Source of the DNA: Eutreptiella sp. 'Long Island Sound 2002'
Taxonomy: Eukaryota > Protista > Euglenida
Direction: 5' to 3'
Assembly: GCA_964036045.1 (NCBI GenBank)
Contig: OZ038378.1
Span: 3,720,001-3,784,000 of the forward strand
Length of the DNA: 64,000 nt
Made by a program: the position numbers and the translations under genes. The notes under the pieces were generated by a model that was not told the DNA's origin, made no database searches, and saw only the letters and a list, made by a program, of their open reading frames with translations. Positions 36,404 through 47,189 of this stretch are shown piece by piece (the stretch's first letter is position 1; every line of letters begins with the position of its first letter).

Positions 36404-37499
36404 CTTCTGTCCTTTACTGGACACATTTCTGGTGTGGATGCGTCCACACCACTCTACTTAAACAATTCGTTTCTTTGTCTTTTCCATGCACTCAGCTTTT
36501 ACAGCCCATGGCTGGCAAGTTTTTTGATAGTGGCACACTAACTTCCTGTGCTAAATTTCCTCACTCACCACACCTCCTTTAATACTCTTCCGCCGCGGTG
36601 AACTGTAGGAATTGTTTTGCGTGATTAATTGGTATCATCCACACACGGCAAGGTGGTGCGCCTTATTGTTTGTTGAATGCAGATCCTTTTGGGGTTGACA
36701 AAAGGAGGCACGACCAAGATAACTAGCGGTCCTCGGGGCAAGAAGCATGAGAAGTTTGCTGTATTACAGGGCATGGCCCATTCATATGATAAACCGCCGA
36801 ACATTGCTGCATATGTATAGAGGACGTGCATGTGCGGAGCGCTTTGTGACCTGTGTACGGCCTTCTACTGGGGCCCGCCCCGCGAGCCCTAGGAGAGTGC
36901 TGACCGACCAGGTCTACACCTGCTACGCCGGGACTCCCGTGTAATCTGCGTTGTGCAGCGTGCGATCTAGCGCCAAGGGCCACTTTGCAGTGTTATGCAA
37001 CTCTTCTAGTTGCAGCCAATGATGCCGTTGACTTGGACTCTACGTGTAGCCTTCCTTGTACCCCCTTGCCACTTGCCAAGGTGCTGTTGAGCTCTGCACA
37101 CACACCCCCCTCCGCCCATTGAGGTGCAACTGATGGGCGGCGCGGGAGGTGACTTGTTGGTCTTTGTTATTTGGCGTCTCTACACACTTACGGCGGATAC
37201 TTTGCAGCCCTCATGGCATGTTGTTGTATTTTCAATCAAGAGAACCACCGCAATTGAGCAATCAATTTAGAGCAGCTTTCGTTCATGCTTGCATCTGACA
37301 ATTTTGCGGCAAGATGTCAAGCAATCTGGTGGTTGTAGACCAGGTTGTTGTACAAGTGGATTGCCGCAGGATGCATGTGGCATGTGGTATGTAGGTGGGT
37401 ATGTGGGTATTGTTCGCTGGAATATGGTGACCCGCCCCCCTGCGTGGAGATGTTGGTCATCAATGGGAAGTAATGTGCTCGGTTTTCTCTAACGCCGCT

Positions 37500-39310
37500 C
37501 TATTCATGTGGCAACTCTTCAGAGCGGGGGACAAAATCAGAAGGGGCCCACAAGTGGGCGGTATGGCTACATAACCCCTGCCGCCTGGGGAGTCTCCAAC
37601 CCTTTAGAGCGTTAGACAAAATCACAAGTGGCCCAGAAGTGCGCACATTGGCTCTATGGCCCAGAATTAGGCAGATTGGCTCTATAACGCCTGGTGGTTC
37701 CCCAACACTTTAGAGCGGGGGACAAAATAAGAAGTGGTGCACAAGTGGGCAGTAGGGCTACATAATTCCTACCGTCCGGGGGGTCCCCAACACTTCAGAG
37801 CGGTGGACAAAATCAGAAGTGGCCCACAAATGGGCAGATTGGCTATATAACGTCAGGGGGGTCCCCACCGCTTCAAAGCGGGGGACTGAATCGCAAGTGG
37901 CCCACAAGTGGGCAGTATGACTGCATAACCCTTGCCGTCTGGGGGGTCCCCAACACCTCAGAGGTGATCACGACCACTAGGAAACGCCGTGCCACGGCAT
38001 GTGCAGATCTCTCCTCGGTGTCTCGGCTGAAACGAAGGCGGGAACCAGAGGACAATGCACCTTGGGAGGTACAGCTGACGGGATCCCCTCGACGCATGAA
38101 GGAATAGGACCAGTCTGCACACACGCATAACCTGCAGAGTGTCTGTGGCTTTGGCTACAGCATTCAATAGAGCGCACGACCGTACGCTTGACCAGATGCT
38201 TGCCTTGTAGACCTGCTTACAAAACTCAACTGATTGGACACCTGGTGTCCGTGGCAGACCTCGTCTGTGCTGACATGACAACCGACACGTGAGGATACTT
38301 GTCCCCACAGATGTTCTATTGTGGACATGCATGAATCTGTGGCTATGATTACAGTGGTTGTATATACGCGAGGCCAACGCCTGAGAGTGTCTCCTTTGTT
38401 CATAGCTCTGCCTGCGAACTCAGAACTTATGTGGCGCCGGAACAGAAAAGAATCAGAAGTGGCCCACAAGTGGGTAGTATGGCTACATAACCCCTGCCGT
38501 CTGGGGGATCTCCAACGCTTTAGAGCGGGGGACAAAAGCAGAAGTGGCCCACAATTGGGCGGTCCCCAACGCTTCAGAGCAGGGACAAAATCACAAGTGG
38601 CCCACAAGTGGGTAGATTGGCGATATAACCCCTGCCGTGTCGGGGGTCCCCAACGCTTCAGAGCGGGGGAGAGAAGCAGAATTGGCCAACAAGTGAGCGG
38701 TATGGCTACATAACCCCTACCGTATGGGGGTCCCCAACGCTTCAAAGTGGGGGACAAAAGCCGAGCTGGCCCACAAATGGGCGGTAGGGCTACATAACCC
38801 CTGCTGTCTGGGGGGTCCCCAACGCTTCAGTGCGGGGGACAAAATCACAAGTGGCCCACAAGTGGGCAGATTGGCTATATAACTTCTGGGGGGTCCCCAA
38901 CGCTTTAGAGCGGGGGACAAAATCACAAGTGGCCCACAAGTGGGCAGATTGGCCATATAACGTGTGGGGGGTCTGCAACGCTTCAAAGCGGGGGACAGAA
39001 TCAGAAGTGGCCCGCAAGTGGGTGGTATGGCTACATAACCCCTGCCGCCTGGGGGGGTCCCCAACACTTCAGAGCGGGGGACAGAATTAGAAGTGGCCCA
39101 CGGGGGGAATTGCAAGGGGGGCAGGGGGGGGGTGGGATGCGAGCGTCTTTCTTCTGTCCTTGACGCTATTGCACATGGGGGCTGGCTCCGGCGCATTGGG
39201 GACCCCCCAGACGGCAGGGGTTATGTAGCCATACCACCCAGTTGTGGGCCACTTGTGATTTTGTCCCCCACTTTGACGCGTTGGGGACCCCCCAGATGGC
39301 AAGGGTTATG
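37500..39310 (-). repeat. Diverged arrays of the 85-bp minisatellite, inverted relative to 18780-19365 and interrupted at ~37980-38440
   Basis: Recurrent CAGAGCGGGGGACAAAATCA(G/C)AAGTGGCCCACAAGTGGGC...GGCTACATAACCCCTGCCG, the reverse complement of the unit in the hAT-like copies. Confidence 0.85.
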
Positions 39311-39674
39311 TAGTCACTTGGTCCAAAAAAGCATAGAAAATACTAGGCGCCAAAGGCGCCGAAGAAAATTTTCTTTTAGGTTATACTAGAATTGCTGCAG
39401 TTTTAGTGCTATCATTGTGTGGTGCAATGCCCCCCCTCCCCTTAGGGGGGAATCGTCACTTTGTGACCGTCCCCCCTTCCCCATGAGGGGGAATCGTCAC
39501 GACATTAGGGGGGATATTTCAAGGGGCGGGTGGTTGGTTCTGCTCCCTGCACGATTTCTGAGAAGTTCTCAGACATTTGGCACTCGTGTGTGCACTGCGT
39601 TAGTGCAAGAAGAAAACCATAGGAATTAGCCCTCTCCTGCATTGGACACTTAGCCTCTCCTCCTGCCCGTGCAG

Positions 39675-40218
39675 GTGATGTACAAGCGAGAGCTCTGCTT
39701 GATCATCAGGTTGGTACACAATGAAGGGTCTTGCGATGCACTACAGGATGCCTATTCAAAGCCGCCACTGGATTACACCAACGACTGTGTCCAGAACCTG
39801 TGGGATCATCTGACGCCCTTCTGGAACGCAAATCGCAAGGCAGTCAAACGAGCTGTTGCCGTTGTGTTCACTGGCCGGATCATGGGGGATGCCTACGGAT
39901 GTGCGGGATGCGGCAATTGTCTGTGTCACACGAACGAGGCATACGTGTTCTGCGAAGTCACTGATCCAGACTGGACCACATGGCGCCTGGACACCGACAA
40001 GGCCAGAGCCTCGCTTGTTGCACACGAGCTGGGCCACATTATAGGCAAAGTGGGTCATTACACAACGAGAGCAGATGGAAGTCATGTGATGGAGGCGGGG
40101 GCTACAAAAATGAAGGATGATTTCTCAAGACAGTGGAGTCTGATTATTAAAAAAAACATCGATGCAATTCGACTTGAAGAGCAGGGCATGAACGAGGCTG
40201 ACAAATGTGTGCGGTGCG
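39675..40218 (+). CDS. Exon of a reprolysin/M12B-type Zn metalloprotease (zinc-binding site)
   Basis: VAHELGHIIGKVGH fits the metzincin HExxHxxGxxxH pattern with one extra residue, followed by Met-turn HVM. VVFTG and GDAYGCAGC segments. Acceptor GTGCAG at 39674, donor GTATGC at 40219. Confidence 0.85.
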
Positions 40219-40227
40219 GTATGCGCG

Positions 40228-40568
40228 TTGGGTGAGGGTTGGGCGAGGGTTGGGCGAGGGTTGGGTGAGGGTTGGGTGAGGGTTGGGCGAGGGTTGGGTG
40301 AGGGTTGGGTGAGGGTTGGGTGAGGGTTGGGTGAGCTTTGGCCGAGGGTTGGGTGAGGGTTGGTTGAGGGTTGGGCGAGGGTTGGGTGAGGGTTGGGTGA
40401 GGGTTGGGTGAGGGTTGGGTGAGGGTTGGGTGAGGGTTGGTTGAGGGTTGGGTGAGGGTTGGGTGAGGGTTGGGTGAGGGTTGGGTGAGCTTTGGGCGAG
40501 GGTTGGGTGAGGGTTGGGTGAGCTTTGGGTGAGGGTTGGGTGAGGGTTGGGCGAGGGTTGGGTGAGGG
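40228..40568 (+). repeat. 11-bp telomere-like tandem array (GGGTTGGGTGA)n, about 30 units
   Basis: Read directly, with GGGCGA, GGTTGA and GCTTTG variants. Confidence 0.95.
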
Positions 40569-40933
40569 TGTCATCTCTGGGGGGGGGGGGCTTCTCTGGG
40601 GCATTTGAGCACACGGAGCCAGATTGGATTCTGTGCAACGCACCTGCGATCACCACTGCCCTTTCCCAGAAGAGGCCCCTGGGGGGGGGCTGGCCAGACC
40701 ATAATCCACAGTGATCATCCTCGCAAGTGTTCGGCCCAGTGCTAGGGCAAGACTTCGGAGCGGTGACATCCTCCCGCAAGGCAGATCTCCACACATGGCC
40801 TGGGACAGGGATGCATTAGAACGGCTGGGGACCCCAGGAGGAGCCCCCCCCTCCCCTTTGACCCCCCCCCCCCCCTTCTCCCCCCCTCCTCGCCTTCCAG
40901 GGTTTCGGGCTGACAGGACATTGCACACCAATA

Positions 40934-41952
40934 CAACCCCCCCCCCCGTACGGGAATCCCGTATTTCCCGTACAGCCCCGAACAGTGGCCCGTACAGTGG
41001 GTTCTCAGAACCATAGCACAGAAATAGGCAATATTAGGCACCCATTTGTCTCTTTTTCCTGCCCTCCCCTATGCTCTTGACCAGACTATGCCTTGTAATG
41101 TATGCCACTCCAAGAATGCTGAAACTGTTGCTTTTTTGTCTTTGGCCGAGTCGGATCGTTGTACCCTTCGACAGAAGCATTCTGATTGTGCTGAAGATTG
41201 GGTTATTTGTGAGCTGTGTGTCCGCCAAGCCCGCCCAAACCCTTTTTTTGGGTCAACGTCTAGTCGGTCCGCTACTTCAACCAGTACTACTACTGCTGCT
41301 ACTAACGCTACTGATACTGCAACAAGTTCAGCCACTACTACTGCCACACGTGCTGTACCAGTGAAACCAGTGAAACCTTTACGCAAGGCAAAGAAAGAGA
41401 AGACATTGAAGACCATCACCGTGGATGACCGTGTGCCTCAGGGTACATTACCCAGCCGGCGAGTGGCTGGATTCAAAGATTTGTGGTCCCCAGCTTTTTT
41501 GTTGTTGTTTGTGATTGTGTTCAATGCATGTCATGTGCACTTGTAATGCTGAAAAAGCGCCAGAAAAAGCGCCAGAAGCGCCAGAAAAAGCGCCAGCAAA
41601 AGCGCCAGAAGCGCCAGAAAAGTACCAAGCTTTTTTCTTGTTGTTTGTGATTGTGTTCAATGCATGTCATGTGCACCTGTACTGCTGAAAAAGCGCCAGA
41701 AAAAGCACCAGAAAAAAGTGCCTGTAGCGGGAATCGAACTCAGGACTCCCCGGTTGTGAGCGCATGCATCTACCAACTTGGGTATGACATGTCTGTGGTA
41801 CCTTGTGGGTTCTTGGTGGTATAGACTCTGAACATATTTTGGTGATTGGGGTTACCAGGCAGTGCCCTGCTGAGGGTTTTTACCAAAAAAGGTCCGCCCC
41901 GCACAGTGGCCCGTACAGTGGAAAATTTTTGCCCCGAACAGGGGGCGGGTTG
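40934..41952 (+). mobile_element. Nested TIR element with 6-bp TSD, C4 zinc-finger ORF and antisense tRNA-like module
   Basis: CAACCCCCCCCC / GGGGGCGGGTTG ends; TSD CCAATA (40928-40933 / 41953-41958); subterminal ACAGTGGCCCGTACAGTGG at both ends; ORF 41046-41546 with CNVC...CELC. Confidence 0.8.
41718..41788 (-). pseudogene. tRNA-like module (Val-CAC-like, degenerate) followed by a T-run
   Basis: Minus strand reads TTGGTAGA ... CTCACAA ... GAGTTCGATTCCCGC ... TTTTTT. Confidence 0.55.
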
Positions 41953-42290
41953 CCAATAAACAATGAGAACCACAAAAATTTTGCTTCGGCGCCCTCTACC
42001 TTGGGGGACCCCAGGAGGAGGGGGGGTCCGGCCAGGACCCCCCCCCCCTCTCCTCTCTTCCAATACATCCCTGGCCTGGGAACTCCCGCATCACTTCATA
42101 GTCCTGCTTTTGCGTGGTGCTGCTGTCTGGTGCATGACCCCGGCACCGACACTGTCAAATGACAGAGTGCATGTCATGCATGCCCTGCGCGGGTTTCCTT
42201 TGGATGACACTGTACTCATCCTTCTCATTTCATTTCTATGAACACGTTGGGTAGGACTAATTTTCTGACCCTCCCCCTAAAAACAGTTGG

Positions 42291-42530
42291 TAGGGGGGTC
42301 CTTAAGAAGCCTGATTTTTTTTTGCTAAGGACCGCCCTTAAGAACCGCCCCCAGGGACCACCAACCACCAACCGCCGCCAACCGCCACCAACCGCCACCA
42401 ACGGCCAACCGCCAACCGCCGACGTTTGAACTAGAGAAGGTCCCATGACCAGGACGCAGAGAGCGTCCCTGTCAGCGTTCGTTTATGCTGGTGTTACGAA
42501 GGCTTTTTTTCCCCCTTGAGGACCCCCCTC
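42291..42530 (+). mobile_element. Older MITE of the GGGGGGTCCTTAA family
   Basis: AGGGGGGTCCTTAA / TTGAGGACCCCCCT ends; decayed 8-bp TSD ACAGTTGG vs GCAGTGGG; internal CCAACCGCC repeats. Confidence 0.65.
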
Positions 42531-42685
42531 GCAGTGGGCACCCAAATTGGCTACTCCCTAGCGCCGCGAAGTGGTGTGGGTTGAGGGGTCTAGAAGGGAC
42601 GGGGGGGGGGGTCAAGCCTGACGCGTAAGCGCCCCCGTCGCATCTGTCTTGGTGTGGCTTCTTTCATTTCATGTGGTATCCACAG

Positions 42686-44715
42686 AGACCGTGACACCAA
42701 CGGCGACTTTGGCACCAACTATGACCCCAAGCCCCACTCACACCGCGACCCCTGTTCCCACTGTGACCCCCAGCCGGACCTGCACAGCAACCCCCATGCC
42801 GACAGTCACTTCAACACCCACATCTACCGTTGTACCCACTGCCACCCCAACCCAGACTGGGACAGCGACTCCTGCACCAACTGCAACCCTGACACACACT
42901 CCCACAGTGACCCCTGCACCAACTGCAACTCTGAGCAGCACAGCAACCATTGCACCGACTGAGACCCCCACTTGCAGTGTCACCCGCAGTTCAACCTCCA
43001 CAGTGACGCCTGTCCCCACAACGAGCCCAACCACCACTGCAACTGTTGCACCAACTGCAACTCCCACCCACACTTCCACAGTGACGGCTCTACCCACGGC
43101 AACTCCAACCCGCACTACTACAATGACTGCTGCACCGACTGCAACTCCAACGCCAACCCCGACATTTGTACCAACTACAACTCCAACCCCCACCACCACA
43201 GTGACTGCCGCACCAACTGCAACTCCAACCCAAACACGAACACTTGCACCAACTGCAACCCCAACGCGCACTACCACAGTTACATCGGCACCAACTGCAA
43301 CTCCAATCCCAACACTAACAGTTGCACCAACTGCAACTCCCACCCAAACTTCCACAGTGACGGTTCTACCCACAGCAACCCCCACTCCAACAGTGACCAT
43401 TGCCCCAACAGCAACAGCAACTCGAACCTACACTTCCACTTCAATTCCAACAAGTCAGAGACCAAGCCCCAGTCCAAGCCCCAAACCCAGGCCAAGTCCA
43501 AGCCCCAGTCCAAGCTCCAGTGTACACCCCAGTCCAAGCTCCAGTGTACACCCCAGTCCAAGCTCCAGTGTACACCCCAGTGTAAGCTCCAGTGTACACC
43601 ACAGTCCAAGCCCCAGTCCAAGCTCCAGTGTACACCCCAGTCCAAGCTCCAGTGTACACCCCAGTGTAAGCTCCAGTGTACACCCCAGTCCAAGCTCCAG
43701 TGTACACCCCAGTGTAAGCTCCAGTGTACACCACAGTCCAAGCCCCAGTCCAAGCTCCAGTGTACACCCCAGTCCAAGCTCCAGTGTACACCCCAGTGTA
43801 AGCTCCAGTGTACACCCCAGTCCAAGCTCCAGTGTACACCCCAGTGTAAGCTCCAGTGTACACCACAGTCCAAGCCCCAGTCCAAGCTCCAGTGTACACC
43901 CCAGTGTAAGCTCCAGTGTACACCACAGTCCAAGCCCCAGTCCAAGCTCCAGTGTACACCCCAGTCCAAGCTCCAGTGTACACCCCAGTGTAAGCTCCAG
44001 TGTACACCCCAGTCCAAGCTCCAGTGTACACCCCAGTGTAAGCTCCAGTGTACACCACAGTCCAAGCCCCAGTCCAAGCTCCAGTGTACACCCCAGTCCA
44101 AGCTCCAGTGTACACCCCAGTGTAAGCTCCAGTGTACACCCCAGTCCAAGCTCCAGTGTACACCCCAGTGTAAGCTCCAGTGTACACCACAGTCCAAGCC
44201 CCAGTCCAAGCTCCAGTGTACACACCAGTCCAAGCTCCAGTGTACACCCCAGTCCAAGCCCCAGTCCAAGCTCCAGTGTACACCCCAGCCCAAGCTCCAG
44301 TGTACACCCCAGTCCAAGCTCCAGTGTACACCCCAGTCCAAGCCCCAGTCCAAGCTCCAGTGTACACCCCAGTCCAAGCCCTAGTCCAAGGTCCAGTGTA
44401 CACCCCAGTCCAAGCTCCAGTGTACACCCCAGTCCAAGCCCTAGTCCAAGCTCCAGTGTACACCCCAGTGTACACCCCAGTCCAAGCTCCAGTGTACACC
44501 CCAGTCCAAGCTCCAGTGTACACCCCAGTCCAAGCTCCAGTGTACACCCCAGTCCAAGCCCGAGTCCAAGCTCCAGTGTACACCCCAGTCCAAGCCCCAG
44601 TCCAAGCTCCAGTGTACACGCCAGTCCAAGCCCGAATGCCAGGCTGAGCCCTAACGCAAGCCCCTATGCACACCCAAGTCCAAGCCCAACTCAAGGCATG
44701 GCCGGCATTGCATAG
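42686..44715 (+). CDS. Mucin/extensin-like Thr-Pro and Ser-Pro-His repeat exon, probably part of the metalloprotease gene
   Basis: Open frame of ~675 codons: (TVAPTATPT)-type repeats then (SPSSSVHP)n. Acceptor CACAG at 42685 is phase 1, matching the 40219 donor. Repeats keep several frames open, so frame choice rests on splice phase. Confidence 0.65.
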
Positions 44716-45363
44716 CATGGCATGGCAGTGTTTGCTCGCAGGGCATGGATTTCCTGGTTTGTGTCCACAAATGAGCCTCTAGCGCGTAGCTCCCCATTTC
44801 TGTGGGTCTCTGTGGGGTGTACCCTGTCTCCCTAGGCCTCTAAACCCCGCCCCCAACCTATAGCCCGCCCGGGGGCTATATGATTCTAGATGAATGCCAG
44901 AGCTGAGGGGGGGGTTATAGGTGGGGGGGTTTGGCACAAGGCCAGGGTGCTGGTTTGTTTGCTGTTGGCGGCGCCTATTGGCCTTTCTCCACTGTGCATT
45001 CCGACCCTCTGTGGGCCTGAACGTGGTTTGTTTTCGGTGCGGGGGGGGGGGGTGTAGGTCAGGATCTTGTCCAATTTTGCCTTCGGCGCTTCGCGCCATG
45101 TGTTGTCTGTGTTTAGTTTCCGCTACAGCACATGTGACACAGGCTGTCAAGGATGCTTTTGCAAACCAGGACACCTCCATTGTGCTGATCCCTGGGGGTT
45201 TGACAGCTATTTTGCAAAGCCTGGACTGTGATTTCATTTTTGTATACAAGCATCAGTACCAGAAACTGGCTGATGAGTGGGCTTCCAAGAACCCCAACAG
45301 AGTCTTTGAAGTTTGGTCAGAGGGGGGGCTATAGGTCCCTAGATGACTGCAAACAACAGAGGG

Positions 45364-46154
45364 CAACCCCCCCCCCCCCCCCGTTCCGGTCGCCGGAATT
45401 ACCGGAATGTGCCGGAACGTTTTGCCGGAACATTGTGATTCTGTGAGGCTCAATGTTTTTCAGCGGAAACGCTTGCTGCTACTGTCAACCGTTCTTGTCC
45501 ACTTTGCCAGTAACACTTTTGTTCCTCCATCCACTGCCAGAGATGTTGAAATGTTGTTTTTGTGGCTCCAAGGGGGTATCCATGACTGATTTCCATGATT
45601 TGCAACTCAAGGAGCAGATATTATTGCAACAAAAATGGGAAGATGATGTTGACGTTGATGAGGGAAATGTCTGTGATTTGTGTGTCCGTTCTGTCAAACC
45701 TAACAAGTTCTTTGACAAGACCCGTGTTGCTGCCCAGCGAGATGAACCTGGACAACGCGACGCCTCATCATCTACCCAGGTTCAACCAGTCAAACCAGTC
45801 AAAAAGGTCAAACCTGTCAAACCAGAGGAGAGGTGACAAAAGTGGTTATATTGGGAATTGAATCCAGGATTTGCCAGCTGCAAACTCAGTGCTTGACCAC
45901 TAGAGTATTGACTGCATCTGACATGATACTGCTCAAGGCCAAAATACATATCTAGGGGTGAATTTTTTTTTCGAAAATTGACAAACATTTTGGGTTTCCA
46001 CATGACTCTAACTACAACAGCAACTGAAATGAAGGCGTGTTTGGGGCTTGGGAACGCGGAGCATGCCAGAAAATGGCCCTAAAGTGATTTTTTGGGTTCG
46101 CCGGAACGTTGTCGCCGGAACGTTGGGTTTTTCTCGCCGGAAAGGGGGGGGTTA
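45364..46154 (+). mobile_element. TIR element related to 40934-41952 (C4 zinc-finger ORF plus antisense tRNA-like module)
   Basis: CAACCCCCCCC...GTTCCGG / CCGGAAAGGGGGGGGTTA ends; subterminal GCCGGAACG repeats; ORF 45453-45836. No TSD found. Confidence 0.65.
45842..45912 (-). pseudogene. tRNA-like module (Ala/Cys-like, degenerate) followed by a T-run
   Basis: Minus strand reads CTAGTGGTCAAG ... TTTGCAG ... GGATTCAATTCCC ... ACTTTT. Confidence 0.45.
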
Positions 46155-46971
46155 TAGGTGTGGAGGGGTTATAGGTAAGGGGGGGGGGTTACAACTGGGC
46201 CCCTAGTCCTGTCGGCCTCCATGGCCTACCCCTTACCCCTGTCAGCCTCTATGCCCCGCCCCCCCCCCCCGCCCCTGGGGCAAGACTGGGTCAGAAGATG
46301 TTGCTTTTTGAATCATGGCGTGGCCACTTGGGCCTACATTTCTGTTCCAACACCCAATGTTCTCTGGAGGACAGCCATGGGATTGACGGCTCGTCCGCTG
46401 CATCCGCCAGCTTTTGGACTCAAGAAACACTGCCAATTAGCCAAGAGGCGTTCAGGAGGGTAAAGAGTTGTACACCGATGAGGCCAAAGCTAAACAGCAC
46501 CACAGGGCCATGGGGATTGATTTCACTTCCGAATGAATACGAGAAGGGGTTGCCTTTGTTGTGTGTTTCTGTGCATCACAGGCCCAAAGGCCAATGGTCC
46601 TCTCAGATCTCCAGAGGAGGGACGAATTTTCGCCCCAAGAAATGATGCTAAGGAACGACAGAAGCCCCTAAAATGTTTGGCAAAACCTTGCTAGGGTTCT
46701 TGGCCATCATCCCCAGAGCAATTACTCTTTGCCCTCAACTAGACCAACAAATATTCCGCTAGGATCAAGAAGTTCAAGTAGAACGACCAACGAATTCTCG
46801 GGGATCCCATGTTTGGACTCCCATGTGCAGCCCACGGCTCAAAGATTGGAGGGGTGCAGCCTGACTGCATCAAGCGTGCCCCTTGCCCAGCCGCCTGTGT
46901 CTTCCCACTGTTAGGCCTCACCCTTGCCCAGGCCGTTGCGCGTCTGGTGACCCCATTACTCTTTCTTTCAG

Positions 46972-47189
46972 ATTGTGACCTCGAAGCCGGCCACTTCGTC
47001 ACCTTCCATTGCCAACACGAGTCCGTTTTGCTCGAGTACTGCTTCAAGTGTTTCCGCATCGAAGGGTTCAACGTCCATGTGGACGCCGTGCCGGAGGTGG
47101 TGGTATGCCCAGGGTGGACCGAAGACCATATCAGGGACCAGTGCGAGAGTCCCGAGCCCTTGTGGTATTCGTTTTCAGCGGTGCCCTGA
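46972..47189 (+). CDS. Putative Cys-rich downstream exon of the protease-mucin gene
   Basis: Polypyrimidine acceptor CTTTCTTTCAG at 46971 (phase 1); coding-like C/G third positions; DCDLEAGHFVTFHCQHESVLLEYCFKC...VCPGW...C. Joining it needs a GC donor at 44696. Confidence 0.45.

Larger units (their letters stand above)
40806..42073 (+). mobile_element. hAT-type MITE (CAGGGATGCATT family) carrying a nested insertion
   Basis: TIR CAGGGATGCATTAGAA / TTCCAATACATCCCTG; perfect 8-bp TSD GCCTGGGA (40798-40805 / 42074-42081). Confidence 0.9.

Noticed and set aside
40228-40568. True chromosome end, or Pro-rich ORFs 40125-40794
   Set aside because: Ordinary sequence continues on both sides, and the ORFs are repeat artefacts.
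40630-42170. Minus-strand ORF restored by removing the MITE (QCRCRGH...FPGHVWRSAL...)
   Set aside because: Short, with no recognisable family; could be chance.
43280-44718. Alternative-frame and antisense repeat ORFs (CTPQ, WGVH, TGVY)
   Set aside because: Stop-free by repeat composition; only the Ser/Pro frame has phase-matched splice support.
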